A stretch of 32,000 nt of DNA, taken from positions 120,001 to 152,000 of the forward strand of contig JAPLKZ010000005.1 in the NCBI GenBank assembly GCA_026387835.1, read 5' to 3'. This DNA is from Candidatus Saganbacteria bacterium. Lineage in GTDB: Bacteria; Margulisbacteria; WOR-1; JAKLHX01. Position 1 is the first letter of the stretch. Every line of letters starts with the position of its first letter. A program made the translations under genes and the position numbers. A model generated the notes under the pieces. It saw nothing but the letters and a program-made list of their open reading frames with translations. It made no database searches and was not told the origin of the DNA. This document shows, piece by piece, positions 15,943 through 26,907 of the stretch.

Positions 15943-17217
15943 TTGAAGATATTAAAGCAGGATAAGACAGGAAGCAATGTCAAGCTTGAAGTCGAGGCCG
16001 ATTATGACGAGTTTAAAAAGGCTTACGAAAAGTTGTTCGGTGAAGCTGGCCGCGAGATAAAGATCCCGGGTTTCCGTCCGGGTAAAGCCCCCCGCAATAT
16101 ACTTGAACAGAATATAAATGCCGAATATGTAAAAGACCGGGCGCTTGAACATGTGATAAAGACGAACCTTTCCGATATCATCAAAGAGTCCGGCCTTGAG
16201 GTCATCGAGATACAGAACTGGCTGCCGGTATCGCTTGACGGCAAGTGCGTCTTTTCCCTTGATGTGGTCGTCCAGCCTGATGTTGAGCTCGGAAAATACA
16301 AAGGCGTCCAGACGGAACGGACATCCGTGAAGGTCGAGGAGAAAGATATTGAAGCGCATATAAACTCGATCATCGAGGAAGGCGCCCAGGTCAAAGAAGT
16401 CACCGACAGGCCGGTAAAACACGGCGACATTGCCGAGCTTGATATCGAAGGCAGTACGGACGGTTCGGTGAGGGATGCCCTGAGCCAAAAGGCGCTGCCC
16501 ATACTGACAGGAGATGACCGTATCGCTCCTGGGTTCGACATAAATATAGAAGGGATGTCGGTCGGGGACGAAAAAGAGTTCTCCATTCCTCTTCCGCAGG
16601 ACTACTACATAAAGGAGTTCGCCGGGGAAAAAGCATCCTTTAAAGTATCTTTAAAAAAAATAGCGGGCCGGGACCTTCCCGAATTCAATGACGAATATGT
16701 AAAAAAGATAAGTTCATTTAATACCGCGGATGAATACCGCAGTGATGTCAGGAAAAGGATGGAGGAAGCGGTAAAAAAGGACTCCGAAGACAAAGCCAAG
16801 GATGATCTGCTGAAAAAAGTACTTGAGGATTCCAAGGTGGACGTGCCGGATGCCGCCGTGAGGAGGGAGACGGACACGATGATCGAGGAGATGAACTCAA
16901 ACCTTCAGAGCAAGGGATTGACCCTGGATTATTATCTTAACGCCAGAAAATTGACAAAAGAAGGATTTACAGAAGAATTAAAGCCCAAGGCGACCGAAAG
17001 GGCCAAGGCAAAACTGGTGCTCCGCGCCATCGCCAAAAATGAAGGCATTTCCGTGACGGAAGAAGAATGTGAAAATGAAATAAAGGAGATCTCAAAACAG
17101 ATGGGCAGGCCGGAAGAGGACAACAGGAACGAGATGATGAAAGAATATATCAGGGATTATCTTTTAAGAACGAAAGCGCTGGACTTTATTTTTGAAAACG
17201 CTAAAATAAAAGGATAG
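15943..17217 (+). CDS. tig: trigger factor
   Basis: TTG start. The IPGFRPGKAPRNILE motif, a PPIase middle domain, and the 424 aa length and architecture are typical. Confidence 0.9.
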   Translation: MKILKQDKTGSNVKLEVEADYDEFKKAYEKLFGEAGREIKIPGFRPGKAPRNILEQNINAEYVKDRALEHVIKTNLSDIIKESGLEVIEIQNWLPVSLDGKCVFSLDVVVQPDVELGKYKGVQTERTSVKVEEKDIEAHINSIIEEGAQVKEVTDRPVKHGDIAELDIEGSTDGSVRDALSQKALPILTGDDRIAPGFDINIEGMSVGDEKEFSIPLPQDYYIKEFAGEKASFKVSLKKIAGRDLPEFNDEYVKKISSFNTADEYRSDVRKRMEEAVKKDSEDKAKDDLLKKVLEDSKVDVPDAAVRRETDTMIEEMNSNLQSKGLTLDYYLNARKLTKEGFTEELKPKATERAKAKLVLRAIAKNEGISVTEEECENEIKEISKQMGRPEEDNRNEMMKEYIRDYLLRTKALDFIFENAKIKG

Positions 17218-17272
17218 AAGGCGGCGGGTCTGAAACCAGCCCGTAAGGGATATAAAGAAGGGAGAGAACAAT

Positions 17273-17893
17273 ATGCCGGTATTACCGATGGTAATCGAGC
17301 AGACATCAAAAGGCGAAAGGGCTTATGATATCTATTCCAGGCTTTTGAAGGAAAGGATAATCTTCATAGGCGGCGGGATAGATGACGACGTAGCGAACAT
17401 GATAATCGCGCAGATCTTTTTTCTGCAGTCTGAGGACAAGGAAAAAGAGACTTACATGTATATAAACTCCCCGGGCGGGGTCGTGACGGCGGGACTGGCC
17501 ATATACGATACGATGCAGTATGTCGACATGCCGATATCCACTGTCTGCCTCGGGCAGGCCGCAAGCATGGGCGCGCTGCTGCTGGCCGCGGGCAACAGGG
17601 GCAAAAGGTTCGCCCTTCCGAACTCAAGGATGCTGATACACCAGCCGCTGGGCGGGGCGCAGGGACAGGCGACCGATATCGAGATACAGGCCCAGGAGAT
17701 ACTTAAGATGAAAAGCCTGGTAAACGAGATCCTTGCAAAGCACACGGGGCAGTCCCTTGAAAAGATTTCAAAAGATACGGACAGGGATTTTTACATGTCA
17801 CCCGTTGAAGCTCTGAAATACGGGTTGATTGATAAAATACTGGAACCAAATAAATTAAAGAAGTTCGGCGAGACCGTAAAAGGCAAAAAATAA
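17273..17893 (+). CDS. clpP: ATP-dependent Clp protease proteolytic subunit
   Basis: [28 protein letters not shown] (Ser) and IHQP (His) are present. A GGGAGAG SD lies upstream. Confidence 0.95.
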   Translation: MPVLPMVIEQTSKGERAYDIYSRLLKERIIFIGGGIDDDVANMIIAQIFFLQSEDKEKETYMYINSPGGVVTAGLAIYDTMQYVDMPISTVCLGQAASMGALLLAAGNRGKRFALPNSRMLIHQPLGGAQGQATDIEIQAQEILKMKSLVNEILAKHTGQSLEKISKDTDRDFYMSPVEALKYGLIDKILEPNKLKKFGETVKGKK

Positions 17894-20361
17894 TGGAAAA
17901 GCCCGAAAAGAGCCCGGCGGCTCAGTTCGAGTGGAAGGACGAGCTTCCTCTTATCCCTTTGAGGAACATGGTCGTCTTTCCGCAGATGATAGTGCCTCTT
18001 TTCATCGGCAGGAGCAAATCCGTCAAAGCGCTCGAAGACACGCTTGAAAAAGAACGCCTCGTTGTTTTTGCCTCGCAAAAGTCCGAGGACATTGAAGAGC
18101 CCGCGCCCAAAGATATATGCACCATCGGGACCCTTGCCGAGGTAGTTCAAATGCTCGCTCTTCCGGACGGCACTACAAAGATACTTGTCGAAGGCGTCAC
18201 GAGGGTAAAACTCGATTCGTTCACGCAGGACAGCCCGTATTATAAAGTTAAGATATCAAAGATCCCGGAGCCCGTGGAAGTTACCGTGGAAGTCGAGGCG
18301 ATGCTGAGGGTGGTGATAAAGAAGTTCGAGAACTACGTCAAACTTAACAAAAGGATCCCGTCCGAGACACTGATGTCGATAATCAACGTGGAAAACCCGG
18401 GGAGGCTCGCGGACCTTATCGCTTCCTACCTTACATTGAAAGTGGACGAAAAGCAGGCGATACTCGAATCGATCGTCCTTTCAAAAAGGCTGAAAAAACT
18501 CACGGAGATACTTGATAAGGAGATCGAAGTCCTGGAAGTCGAGAAAAAACTGCAGGGCAGGGTGCGCAAGCAGATAGACAAGGTCCAAAAAGAATATTAT
18601 TTAAAAGAAAAGCTCCGTGCCATACAGGAAGAGCTCGGAGTGGAGGACGAAGAATCCGGTCCGGAAGTGGCGGAATACAGGAAAAAACTGGAAGTCGCCA
18701 AGCTTCCGGAGGAAGTGAAGGAGAAAGCGTTCAAGGAGCTTGAAAGACTGGCCAAAATGCCTTCGATGGTGGCGGAATCGACAGTGATCAGGACGTATCT
18801 CGACTGGATCATAGACCTTCCATGGAAGAAAAAAACAAAAAGCAAGATAGACATCAACGAGGTGGAAAAGATCCTTAACGAGGACCATTACGGGCTTGAT
18901 AAGGTGAAAGAGAGGATAGCCGAATATTTCGCGGTTCTGCAGAGGACGGGAAAGATGGGCGGCACCATACTTTGCCTGGTCGGCCCCCCGGGAGTAGGCA
19001 AGACCTCCATCGGAAAATCGATCGCCAGGGCGATAGGCAGGAAGTTCGTAAGGATCTCGCTCGGCGGCATCAGGGACGAGGCGGAGATCAGGGGGCACAG
19101 GCGCACTTATGTCGGTTCCCTTCCCGGCAGGATAATACAATCTATCGCCAAAGGGCGGGTAAACAACCCTGTTTTCCTTCTTGACGAGATAGATAAGCTT
19201 GGCACGGATTTTAGGGGCGATCCTTCGGCAGCGCTGCTCGAAGTTCTTGATCCGGAGATGAACAAAGAATTCTCGGACCATTATCTTGAAGTGCCGTTCG
19301 ACCTTTCGGACGTGTTCTTCATCACTACGGCGAACACGGTCGAGCCCATCCCGCGTCCTTTGAGGGACAGGATGGAGCTTATCGAGATGTCGGGTTATAC
19401 CGAAGAAGAAAAACTGGGCATAGCAAAAGGGTTCCTGGTGCCGAGGGAGATAGAAAAACACGGTCTGTCAAAGGACATGATCAAATTCGACGATGAAGCG
19501 CTGTTTTCGATCATAAGGGAATATACGAGGGAAGCGGGTGTCAGGAACCTCGAGAGGATGATAGAGACTATCTGCAGGAAGATCGCGACAGCCGCCGTCA
19601 AGAATAATAAAGACGAGAAGATGAACGTGAAAAAGAAAGACCTTGCCGGATATCTGGGCCCGTTCAGGTACAGGTTCGGGATAGCCGAAGAAAAGGACCA
19701 GGTGGGTGTCTCCACGGGACTTGTCTGGACCGAGGTCGGAGGCGACACGACGCCGGTCGAGGTGACCGCGATGCGCGGAAGAGGCAATCTCACTCTTACG
19801 GGAATGCTGGGCGATGTGATGCAGGAAAGCGCCAAGGCGGCGATGAGCTTTGTCAGGTCCCGCGCGGAAGCTCTCGGAATAGATGAAGCGTTCTACAGGA
19901 AGACGGACATACACGTGCATGTTCCCGAAGGAGCTGTCCCGAAAGACGGTCCTTCCGCGGGAATAACGATAGCTGCCGCGCTTGCTTCAGCCCTGTCCGG
20001 AATCCCGGTGAAGAAAGATATAGCGATGACCGGAGAGATAACTCTGCGGGGCAGGGTGCTGCCTATCGGCGGGCTTAAGGAAAAACTTCTCGCGGCAAGG
20101 CGCGCGGGCATGAAAAAGGTGATACTTCCGGAAGATAACAGAAAAGACCTGGCGGAAGTCCAGGAACAGATAAAACAGGACCTCAACATGGAATTCATTT
20201 TTGTTAAGCACATGGACGAAGTTTTAAGGAGCGCTCTGGTCAATGTCCCCAAAGGGCTCCTTGAAAAAAAACAGGAAAAAGAAGAGCCCGGGCCGAAAGA
20301 AAAGACGATCCCTATTGCAGCAAAAACCCCGCGGCAGATAGATACCCAGTTGTCCAACTAA
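17893..20361 (+). CDS. lon: Lon protease (LonA)
   Basis: An N-terminal LON domain, the Walker [10 protein letters not shown], and the catalytic motifs DGPSAGI and [10 protein letters not shown] are present. The start overlaps the clpP stop (TAATG). Confidence 0.95.
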   Translation: MEKPEKSPAAQFEWKDELPLIPLRNMVVFPQMIVPLFIGRSKSVKALEDTLEKERLVVFASQKSEDIEEPAPKDICTIGTLAEVVQMLALPDGTTKILVEGVTRVKLDSFTQDSPYYKVKISKIPEPVEVTVEVEAMLRVVIKKFENYVKLNKRIPSETLMSIINVENPGRLADLIASYLTLKVDEKQAILESIVLSKRLKKLTEILDKEIEVLEVEKKLQGRVRKQIDKVQKEYYLKEKLRAIQEELGVEDEESGPEVAEYRKKLEVAKLPEEVKEKAFKELERLAKMPSMVAESTVIRTYLDWIIDLPWKKKTKSKIDINEVEKILNEDHYGLDKVKERIAEYFAVLQRTGKMGGTILCLVGPPGVGKTSIGKSIARAIGRKFVRISLGGIRDEAEIRGHRRTYVGSLPGRIIQSIAKGRVNNPVFLLDEIDKLGTDFRGDPSAALLEVLDPEMNKEFSDHYLEVPFDLSDVFFITTANTVEPIPRPLRDRMELIEMSGYTEEEKLGIAKGFLVPREIEKHGLSKDMIKFDDEALFSIIREYTREAGVRNLERMIETICRKIATAAVKNNKDEKMNVKKKDLAGYLGPFRYRFGIAEEKDQVGVSTGLVWTEVGGDTTPVEVTAMRGRGNLTLTGMLGDVMQESAKAAMSFVRSRAEALGIDEAFYRKTDIHVHVPEGAVPKDGPSAGITIAAALASALSGIPVKKDIAMTGEITLRGRVLPIGGLKEKLLAARRAGMKKVILPEDNRKDLAEVQEQIKQDLNMEFIFVKHMDEVLRSALVNVPKGLLEKKQEKEEPGPKEKTIPIAAKTPRQIDTQLSN

Positions 20362-20374
20362 ATCCGGGAAAAAT

Positions 20375-23173
20375 ATGGAATACAAAAATACGCTCAATCT
20401 TCCGAGTACTGATTTTCCGATCAAAGCTAATTTCAAGGAAAAAGAGCCTGAGTTCTTAAAATACTGGGAAAGTTCCGGTTTATATCAAAAAATGCAGGAA
20501 GGCAGGTCCGCGAATAAATACATCCTGCACGATGGTCCGCCTTACCCTAACGGTGATATCCATCTCGGACACGCGCTTAACAAGATCCTCAAGGATATAG
20601 TCGTCAAGTTCAGGGCAATGGAGGGATACTCTGTCCCGTTCGTGCCGGGCTGGGACTGCCACGGGCTGCCGATAGAGACGCAGTTGATAAAAGAACTTAG
20701 CGTCAGGAGATCGTCCCTGTCGGTCCCCGAGTTCAGGCAGAAATGCAGGCAGTACGCCCTTAAATATGTAGATATCCAAAAAGAACAGTTCAAAAGGCTC
20801 GGAATAATCGCGAAATGGGACGGACCGTACCTTACGCTGGATAAAGATTACGAAGCCGGAGTGATAGAACTCTTCGGAAAGCTTGCGGATGGCGGTTATG
20901 TTTATAAATCCCTGAAGCCGATACACTGGTGCCCTAACTGCGAGACCGCGCTTGCCGAAGCGGAGATAGAGTATGAAGATGATCCTTCGCCTTCGATATT
21001 TGTCAGGTTCAAAGTAAAAAATACAAAGTCAAAAAATAAGGTCGTGGAAGAGGTCCTGAGTACAGGCCCTTCGAACTTCATCATCTGGACGACGACGCCG
21101 TGGACGCTTCCTTCGAACGTGGCGATAGCGGTACATCCCGGCTATGACTATGACATTGTCAGGCACGGAAATGAGATGTATGTGATCGCTCATGACCTTT
21201 TGGACCGGGCGGCGCAGCTTATGAAATGGCCGCAGGAGGATTACAGCATTGTTTCCGGTTTCAAGGGCAGGGATCTTGAAGGCATCGTCTGCAGCCATCC
21301 GTTCATCGACAGGGAATCTGTTGTTGTCCTGGACGAGTTCGTCACGCTGGAATCCGGAACAGGCTGCGTGCATATAGCCCCGGGCCACGGCGAGGAAGAT
21401 TACAAAGTCGGCCTTATATATAAACTTCCGATCATTATGCCCGTCGACGGCAAGGGGCTCTTTACGGACGATGTTCCGAAGTATTCGGGCGTCCATGTCT
21501 GGAAAGCAAATCCGCTGATACTTGAAGAGATGAAAGAGAACGGGTCTCTCCTCGCGTCTGACACGGTAAAACACCAGTATCCGCATTGCTGGAGATGCAA
21601 AAAACCGATCATATTCAGGGCCACGGAACAGTGGTTCATAAGTGTAGACCATAATAATCTGAGGCAGACGGCACTGGATGAAATATCACACACAAAGTGG
21701 TTCCCTTCCTGGGGCGAGAACAGGATAAACGGGATGGTCAAGACAAGGCCCGACTGGTGCATATCGCGCCAGCGGTCATGGGGTATACCGATACCGGCGT
21801 TCTACTGTCTGACCTGCGGCAAGCCTAATTTCAAAGGAGCTTTTAACAAGGCAGCGGTTGAAACGGTCAAAAAAGAAGGTACTGATGCCTGGTTCATAAA
21901 AGAAGCAAAAGATATCCTGCCGGCCAAAATAAAGTGCGAGTTCTGCGGCGGCAGCGAGTTCAGGAAAGAGACCGACATAATGGATGTATGGCTTGAATCG
22001 GGTTCCAGTCATTACAGTGTCCTTAAGTCGGACCCGAAGGTATTCTCATGGCCGGCCGATCTTTATCTTGAAGGAAGCGACCAGCACAGGGGCTGGTTCC
22101 AGACATCACTGCTGACTGCGGTAGCGGTGTTTAAAAAAGCTCCTTTCAAGGCGGTACTCACGCACGGCTTTACCGTGGATGAAAAAGGCAAAAAGATGAG
22201 CAAATCCCTCGGCAATATCGTGGACCCGCAGACGGTCGTCAGGGAATACGGCGCCGATGTGCTCAGGTTATGGGTGGCATCTACCGATTTCAGGAACGAC
22301 ATGGCGGTCTCTAGAAATATATTGAAGCAGATAAACGAAGGATTTTCCAAGATCAGGAACACCTGCAGGTTCCTTCTCAGCAACATCAATGATTTCGACC
22401 CGGAAAAGGACCGCGTGGAACATCAAAAGCTCAAAGAGATCGACAAATATATTTTATTTAAACTTGAAGGGCTTATTCAAAAAATCCATAAGTCCTATGA
22501 TGAGTTTGAATTCCATACAGTCTACCACTGCCTGTACGGGTTTTGCGTCAACGATCTCAGCGCTTTCTATCTGAACATCATAAAAGACCGGCTTTACTGC
22601 GACAGCAAGGGGTCCGTGTCGCGAAGAGCGGCGCAGACCACCGTTCACGAATTGCTTACGGCGATCATCAGGATAATGGCGCCGGTATTAAGTTTTACGG
22701 CGGAGGAGCTGTTTCGGAGGATCAGGGACAAAGGGCCAAACAGGGGGGAAGATAAGGAGAGCGTATTTCAACAAAAATTGCCTGAACCCGGTCAGCGTAA
22801 TTTTAACAAGGATCTGCAAATAAAATGGGACAGGATAATAGCCGTCAGGGGAGAAGTTTATAAAAAAATCGAAGAGCTTAGGATAGCCAAGACAGTGAAT
22901 CAGACCACGGAATGCGACGCGGATATCAGCCTGAAAGAAAGCGACTATAAGATATTAAGTTCCGTCGCAGCCGATCTGGCTGACATTTTCATGGTATCTT
23001 CTGTTATTATTAATACCGGCAGCGGCCTGTCGGTAAATGTCAAAAAGACCGGCAATAAGAAGTGCGAAAGATGCTGGAAATATTTGGACAGCGTCGGCCG
23101 GCACGAAGAACATCCGACACTCTGCGCAAGGTGCACTGATGCGGTAAAAACAGGAGGGAAAAGCGATGGATAA
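20375..23173 (+). CDS. ileS: isoleucine--tRNA ligase
   Basis: [11 protein letters not shown] (HIGH), KMSKS, and the C-terminal Zn motif CERCW...CARC are present. Length is 932 aa. Confidence 0.95.
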   Translation: MEYKNTLNLPSTDFPIKANFKEKEPEFLKYWESSGLYQKMQEGRSANKYILHDGPPYPNGDIHLGHALNKILKDIVVKFRAMEGYSVPFVPGWDCHGLPIETQLIKELSVRRSSLSVPEFRQKCRQYALKYVDIQKEQFKRLGIIAKWDGPYLTLDKDYEAGVIELFGKLADGGYVYKSLKPIHWCPNCETALAEAEIEYEDDPSPSIFVRFKVKNTKSKNKVVEEVLSTGPSNFIIWTTTPWTLPSNVAIAVHPGYDYDIVRHGNEMYVIAHDLLDRAAQLMKWPQEDYSIVSGFKGRDLEGIVCSHPFIDRESVVVLDEFVTLESGTGCVHIAPGHGEEDYKVGLIYKLPIIMPVDGKGLFTDDVPKYSGVHVWKANPLILEEMKENGSLLASDTVKHQYPHCWRCKKPIIFRATEQWFISVDHNNLRQTALDEISHTKWFPSWGENRINGMVKTRPDWCISRQRSWGIPIPAFYCLTCGKPNFKGAFNKAAVETVKKEGTDAWFIKEAKDILPAKIKCEFCGGSEFRKETDIMDVWLESGSSHYSVLKSDPKVFSWPADLYLEGSDQHRGWFQTSLLTAVAVFKKAPFKAVLTHGFTVDEKGKKMSKSLGNIVDPQTVVREYGADVLRLWVASTDFRNDMAVSRNILKQINEGFSKIRNTCRFLLSNINDFDPEKDRVEHQKLKEIDKYILFKLEGLIQKIHKSYDEFEFHTVYHCLYGFCVNDLSAFYLNIIKDRLYCDSKGSVSRRAAQTTVHELLTAIIRIMAPVLSFTAEELFRRIRDKGPNRGEDKESVFQQKLPEPGQRNFNKDLQIKWDRIIAVRGEVYKKIEELRIAKTVNQTTECDADISLKESDYKILSSVAADLADIFMVSSVIINTGSGLSVNVKKTGNKKCERCWKYLDSVGRHEEHPTLCARCTDAVKTGGKSDG

Positions 23174-24557
23174 TCAAAAAATAAAGGACATAAGCCTTGC
23201 CGATTTCGGCAGGAAGGAGATCGAGATAGCCGAGCAGGAGATGCCGGGCCTGATGTCAGTCAGAAAAAAATACTCAGTAAGCAAGCCGTTGAAAGACGTG
23301 CGCATAATGGGTTCCCTGCACATGACCATCCAGACAGCGGTGCTTATTGAGACTTTGACAGATCTCGGTGCGGAAGTGCGGTGGGCAAGCTGCAACATAT
23401 TTTCAACCCAGGACCACGCGGCGGCGGCGATCGCGAAGGCCGGAATACCCGTATTCGCGTGGAAAGGCGAGACGCTTGAGGAATTCTGGTGGTGCACGGA
23501 GCAGGCATTGTCTTTCCCGGGAGGCAAGGGGCCGCAGCTTATTGTCGATGACGGTGGCGACGCAACTCTGATGATGCACCTCGGATACGCGGCAGAAAAA
23601 GAAGCGTCGATTCTTGACAAAAAACCGGGCGGTGAAGACGAAGCGGAGCTGATAAAACTCCTGAAGAAAAGGCTCAAAGAGAAACCAAAAAAATGGACCG
23701 ATATGGTAAAAGAATGGAAAGGCGTCTCGGAGGAGACAACGACCGGCGTCCACCGCCTTTACCAGATGAAAGAAAAAGGGACCCTGCTGGTCCCCGCGGT
23801 CAATGTCAACGATTCCGTGACAAAATCAAAATTCGATAATCTCTACGGTTGCCGCGAGTCTTTAAATGACGGGCTCAAGAGAGCGCTTGACGTGATGGTG
23901 GCCGGAAAAGTCGCGGTAGTATGCGGGTACGGCGATGTGGGCAAAGGTTCGTGCCAATCTTTGAGAGGACTGGGCTGCAGGGTGATCGTGACGGAGATAG
24001 ACCCGATCTGCGCTCTTCAGGCCGCGATGGAAGGATACGAGGTCAAGACCGTCGAAGACACGCTTGGTATGGCGGATATATATGTCACCGCAACCGGCAA
24101 TAAAGATATCATCACGATCGACCATATGAAAAAGATGAAAAATCAGGCGATAGTATGCAACATCGGGCATTTTGATAATGAGATACAGGTGGCGCAGCTG
24201 GAGGCCTATCCCGGCATAAAAAAGGTCAACATTAAACCTCAGGTCGACAAATATGTTTTTCCGGACGGCCTCCTTGCCGAAGGAAGGCTTGTCAATCTCG
24301 GATGCGCGACAGGACACCCTTCTTTCGTGATGTCGAACTCGTTCACGAACCAGGTCCTGGCCCAGCTCGACCTGTGGAAGAACAGGGATAAATATAAACC
24401 GGGCGTTTACAGGCTTCCCAAATATCTGGACGAAGAGGTCGCGAGGCTTCATCTCGACAAGATCGGCGTGAAGCTTACAAAGATGACAAAAGAACAGTCG
24501 GAATATGTCTCGGTGCCAGTAGATGGGCCGTATAAAGCGGAGCACTACAGATATTAG
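23166..24557 (+). CDS. ahcY: adenosylhomocysteinase
   Basis: [22 protein letters not shown], the NAD-binding [10 protein letters not shown], and the C-terminal YKAEHYRY are present. The gene overlaps ileS by 8 nt and follows a GGAGGG SD. Confidence 0.95.
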   Translation: MDNQKIKDISLADFGRKEIEIAEQEMPGLMSVRKKYSVSKPLKDVRIMGSLHMTIQTAVLIETLTDLGAEVRWASCNIFSTQDHAAAAIAKAGIPVFAWKGETLEEFWWCTEQALSFPGGKGPQLIVDDGGDATLMMHLGYAAEKEASILDKKPGGEDEAELIKLLKKRLKEKPKKWTDMVKEWKGVSEETTTGVHRLYQMKEKGTLLVPAVNVNDSVTKSKFDNLYGCRESLNDGLKRALDVMVAGKVAVVCGYGDVGKGSCQSLRGLGCRVIVTEIDPICALQAAMEGYEVKTVEDTLGMADIYVTATGNKDIITIDHMKKMKNQAIVCNIGHFDNEIQVAQLEAYPGIKKVNIKPQVDKYVFPDGLLAEGRLVNLGCATGHPSFVMSNSFTNQVLAQLDLWKNRDKYKPGVYRLPKYLDEEVARLHLDKIGVKLTKMTKEQSEYVSVPVDGPYKAEHYRY

Positions 24558-24569
24558 AGCTGAGAAAAA

Positions 24570-24869
24570 ATGGAACACGATAAATTAGAGAAAAACATAG
24601 ATAAGCTTGCAAGGCATTTTGAAAAAGCGAACTTCACGGAATATGTAGAACTTTTACAAAAACCCTGGAAGTTCTTCTGGCTGCAGTTCTGTGCCGGGCT
24701 TTTGAGAGGTGTCGGTACTGCGATAGGGTTTACTATCATATTTGCGATCGTTATATATATACTTATAGCGGTGCTGAGGAATTTTATGGGTGTGCCGATA
24801 ATCGGGTCGTATATCGCGCAGCTCGTGGAATTCGTAAACCAATCGTTGAGGAACGGAATAAGCAGATAA
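24570..24869 (+). CDS. small membrane protein, DUF5665-like
   Basis: 99 aa. NFTEYVELLQKPWKFFWLQFCAGLLRGVGTAIGFTIIFAIV resembles DUF5665 proteins as I recall them. It has two TM segments. Confidence 0.5.
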   Translation: MEHDKLEKNIDKLARHFEKANFTEYVELLQKPWKFFWLQFCAGLLRGVGTAIGFTIIFAIVIYILIAVLRNFMGVPIIGSYIAQLVEFVNQSLRNGISR

Positions 24870-24884
24870 TACTATAGACGCGGG

Positions 24885-25379
24885 GTGAATTCGATCTTCT
24901 ATATTGCAACGGCCGTTATCTTTATCGTCGACCAATCGATCAAACACATCATCTCCGTTTATATGTGGACAGGGATGTCCGTAAAAATAATCCCCGGGTC
25001 CTTGTCACTCACTTATATCAGGAACACCGGAGCCGCTTTCGGGATATTCTCGGGCAAGACCCCGCTCTTGTCGGTTGTAAGCATAATTTTCATAATGCTG
25101 CTGCTGATCTACTACTTTAAAAAAGGCCGTCAAGAAGGAAACTACAGCCGTTCTCTGTTATTCAAGTTATCTCTGGCATCGATGCTTGGTGGAGCATTGG
25201 GCAACCTGGCAGACAGGATCTTCAGGGGATATGTGATAGATTATGTCGATGTCAGGTATTTCTCGGTGTTCAACTTTTCGGATATAATGATAAATGTCGG
25301 AGTGGGGTTATTGTTGTTGGGATTTGTGATGAAAAGGAGTAAGAAGACAGAGAACTCACCCCCAGCCCCTCTCTTATAA
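24885..25379 (+). CDS. lspA: lipoprotein signal peptidase II
   Basis: GTG start. The motifs NTGAAFG, GGALGNLADRIFRGYVIDYVD and FNFSDIMINVG are present. Confidence 0.85.
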   Translation: MNSIFYIATAVIFIVDQSIKHIISVYMWTGMSVKIIPGSLSLTYIRNTGAAFGIFSGKTPLLSVVSIIFIMLLLIYYFKKGRQEGNYSRSLLFKLSLASMLGGALGNLADRIFRGYVIDYVDVRYFSVFNFSDIMINVGVGLLLLGFVMKRSKKTENSPPAPLL

Positions 25380-25438
25380 AGAGAGGGGTGCCGAATCCCG
25401 AGCGAATGAAATGAGCCGAGGGAGAGGCGGGGTGAGTT
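25353..25438. repeat. nested palindromic (REP/MITE-like) element bridging the lspA 3' end and the lgt 5' UTR
   Basis: The outer 10-bp inverted repeat is AACTCACCCC (25353-25362) / GGGGTGAGTT (25429-25438). The inner perfect 10-bp hairpin is CCCCTCTCTT-ATA-AAGAGAGGGG (25366-25388), with the lspA stop codon positioned in and next to the loop. Confidence 0.6.
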
Positions 25439-25447
25439 GGAGATAAT

Positions 25448-26179
25448 ATGCACCCGATAATATTACAATTAGGTCCGTTATCCGTATATTCCTGGGGCCT
25501 CATGGTCGCAACGGCTTTTGCCGTGGGGATCGGGCTCGCGATATTGAACGGCAAAAGAGAAGGCATAACCGCCGACCACATTATGGACCTCGCGATGTAT
25601 GTCGTGATATTTTCGGTGATAGGAGCGAGAATATTTTATATCGTCCAATTCTGGGATGATTTTAAGGGCAATATCGCCGCAATGTTTGCTGTCTGGGAAG
25701 GCGGGATGGTATTTTACGGAGGGCTGATATTTGCCGCGGCCACAGTATATTTTGTCGCAAGGAAACGCGGTCTTAATGTCCTGCAGATACTTGATGTCAT
25801 CTCCCCTTCAGTCGCGATCGGATACTCCATCGGCCGTATAGGATGCTTTCTCCGCGGCTGCTGTTTCGGCCTGCAGTGCGATCTGCCGTGGGCCGTGCAT
25901 TTTCCGGATGCAACAGGTTTTGTCCATCCGACACAAATTTATTCTTCAATAGCCGGGCTATTGATGTTCATCGTCCTTTCGCGCGTTTTCAGCCGGAAAA
26001 AATATAACGGCCAGGTATTTATCTGGGGATTGTCATTATATTCGATATACAGGTTCATCATAGAGTTCTTCAGGTTCTGTCCAGACCATTATTTCGGGCT
26101 CACCGCTTCGCAGATCATCTCGGTCGCGCTGCTGATCTTCGCGCTCGTACTAAGGCCTTTTCTTTTAAAACGCGAATAA
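25448..26179 (+). CDS. lgt: prolipoprotein diacylglyceryl transferase
   Basis: W.GGMVFYGG, GRIGCFLRGCCFG and HPTQIYSS are present. A GGAG lies 5 nt upstream. Confidence 0.85.
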   Translation: MHPIILQLGPLSVYSWGLMVATAFAVGIGLAILNGKREGITADHIMDLAMYVVIFSVIGARIFYIVQFWDDFKGNIAAMFAVWEGGMVFYGGLIFAAATVYFVARKRGLNVLQILDVISPSVAIGYSIGRIGCFLRGCCFGLQCDLPWAVHFPDATGFVHPTQIYSSIAGLLMFIVLSRVFSRKKYNGQVFIWGLSLYSIYRFIIEFFRFCPDHYFGLTASQIISVALLIFALVLRPFLLKRE

Positions 26180-26268
26180 CTGAAATCCCGCCAAAGATCT
26201 GACGATAAATAAACAGATCACAAACTGGTCTATTATTTAATATATATACGAAAAAACAAGGAAATAAT

Positions 26269-26907
26269 ATGTTCACAAAAGAGACAAACAATATCAAGCG
26301 GGAAGTAATATGCGGACTGATATCCCGTTCTTTGAGGAAGCTGCCGAAAGCTGTGATCAGCCCCGAACAGATGCAAAGATTGACGGGCAGTTCATCGTTC
26401 CTGCTGACAAGGCCCGGCGGAGGCCTTCTGCAGTTTAGGCATGTTGCGATACCGATAGAAAATCAAATAAAAGGGCATCGGGTGTTCCAGTTTGAGGTAT
26501 TCCGCAGGCAGACGTTGATAGGGGATACCAAGCCGGCAGGATGCCTGAGTATTTTTCCGGATCAAGGCGCAGGACCTTCCCTGACATTCGATGCCGTCAT
26601 GAGCTCGATGCTCAACACGAAAATGTTATCAGGATACTCAAAAAATGCGGAACGAATAATAACCATCTCAAGACATCTGTTTAATTCCGGGCCCTATGCG
26701 GTCATGTTCGTTCCTGATTCAAACGTCTCTTATTATCTTTGGAGCAGCGATCCTGCACTCCGGCTGTCGCAGATAGGAAATATCAGGGAAAGCCAGGCGG
26801 ACAATAATGGATTCAGGGCATTTATGATGTGGACGATGAATTACGATGCCCTTGGCGTAATGATGATAAAGCCGATGAAGTACCGGAATATGTTCATCCC
26901 GATATAA
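26269..26907 (+). CDS. hypothetical protein (no recognisable family)
   Basis: It is the only long ORF in 26180-26840. AAGGAAA lies upstream of the ATG, and the sequence is not low-complexity. Its 3' end overlaps the convergent GT2 gene by 67 nt. Confidence 0.45.
   Translation: MFTKETNNIKREVICGLISRSLRKLPKAVISPEQMQRLTGSSSFLLTRPGGGLLQFRHVAIPIENQIKGHRVFQFEVFRRQTLIGDTKPAGCLSIFPDQGAGPSLTFDAVMSSMLNTKMLSGYSKNAERIITISRHLFNSGPYAVMFVPDSNVSYYLWSSDPALRLSQIGNIRESQADNNGFRAFMMWTMNYDALGVMMIKPMKYRNMFIPI

Noticed and set aside
15711-15983. A 90-aa minus-strand ORF spanning the tRNA-Gly gene and the tig start.
   Set aside because: It overlaps a well-formed tRNA and the tig 5' end. It has no SD or family resemblance and sits in an AT-rich intergenic context.
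18601-19461. Large antisense ORFs inside housekeeping genes: 286 aa in lon, 238 aa at 23862..24578 in ahcY, 207 aa at 21029..21652 in ileS, 180 aa at 1796..2338 in gltA, and 178/187 aa at 15952..16586 in tig.
   Set aside because: The opposite-strand genes have unambiguous family signatures over their full length. The antisense products are Arg/Pro/Phe-rich and low in information.
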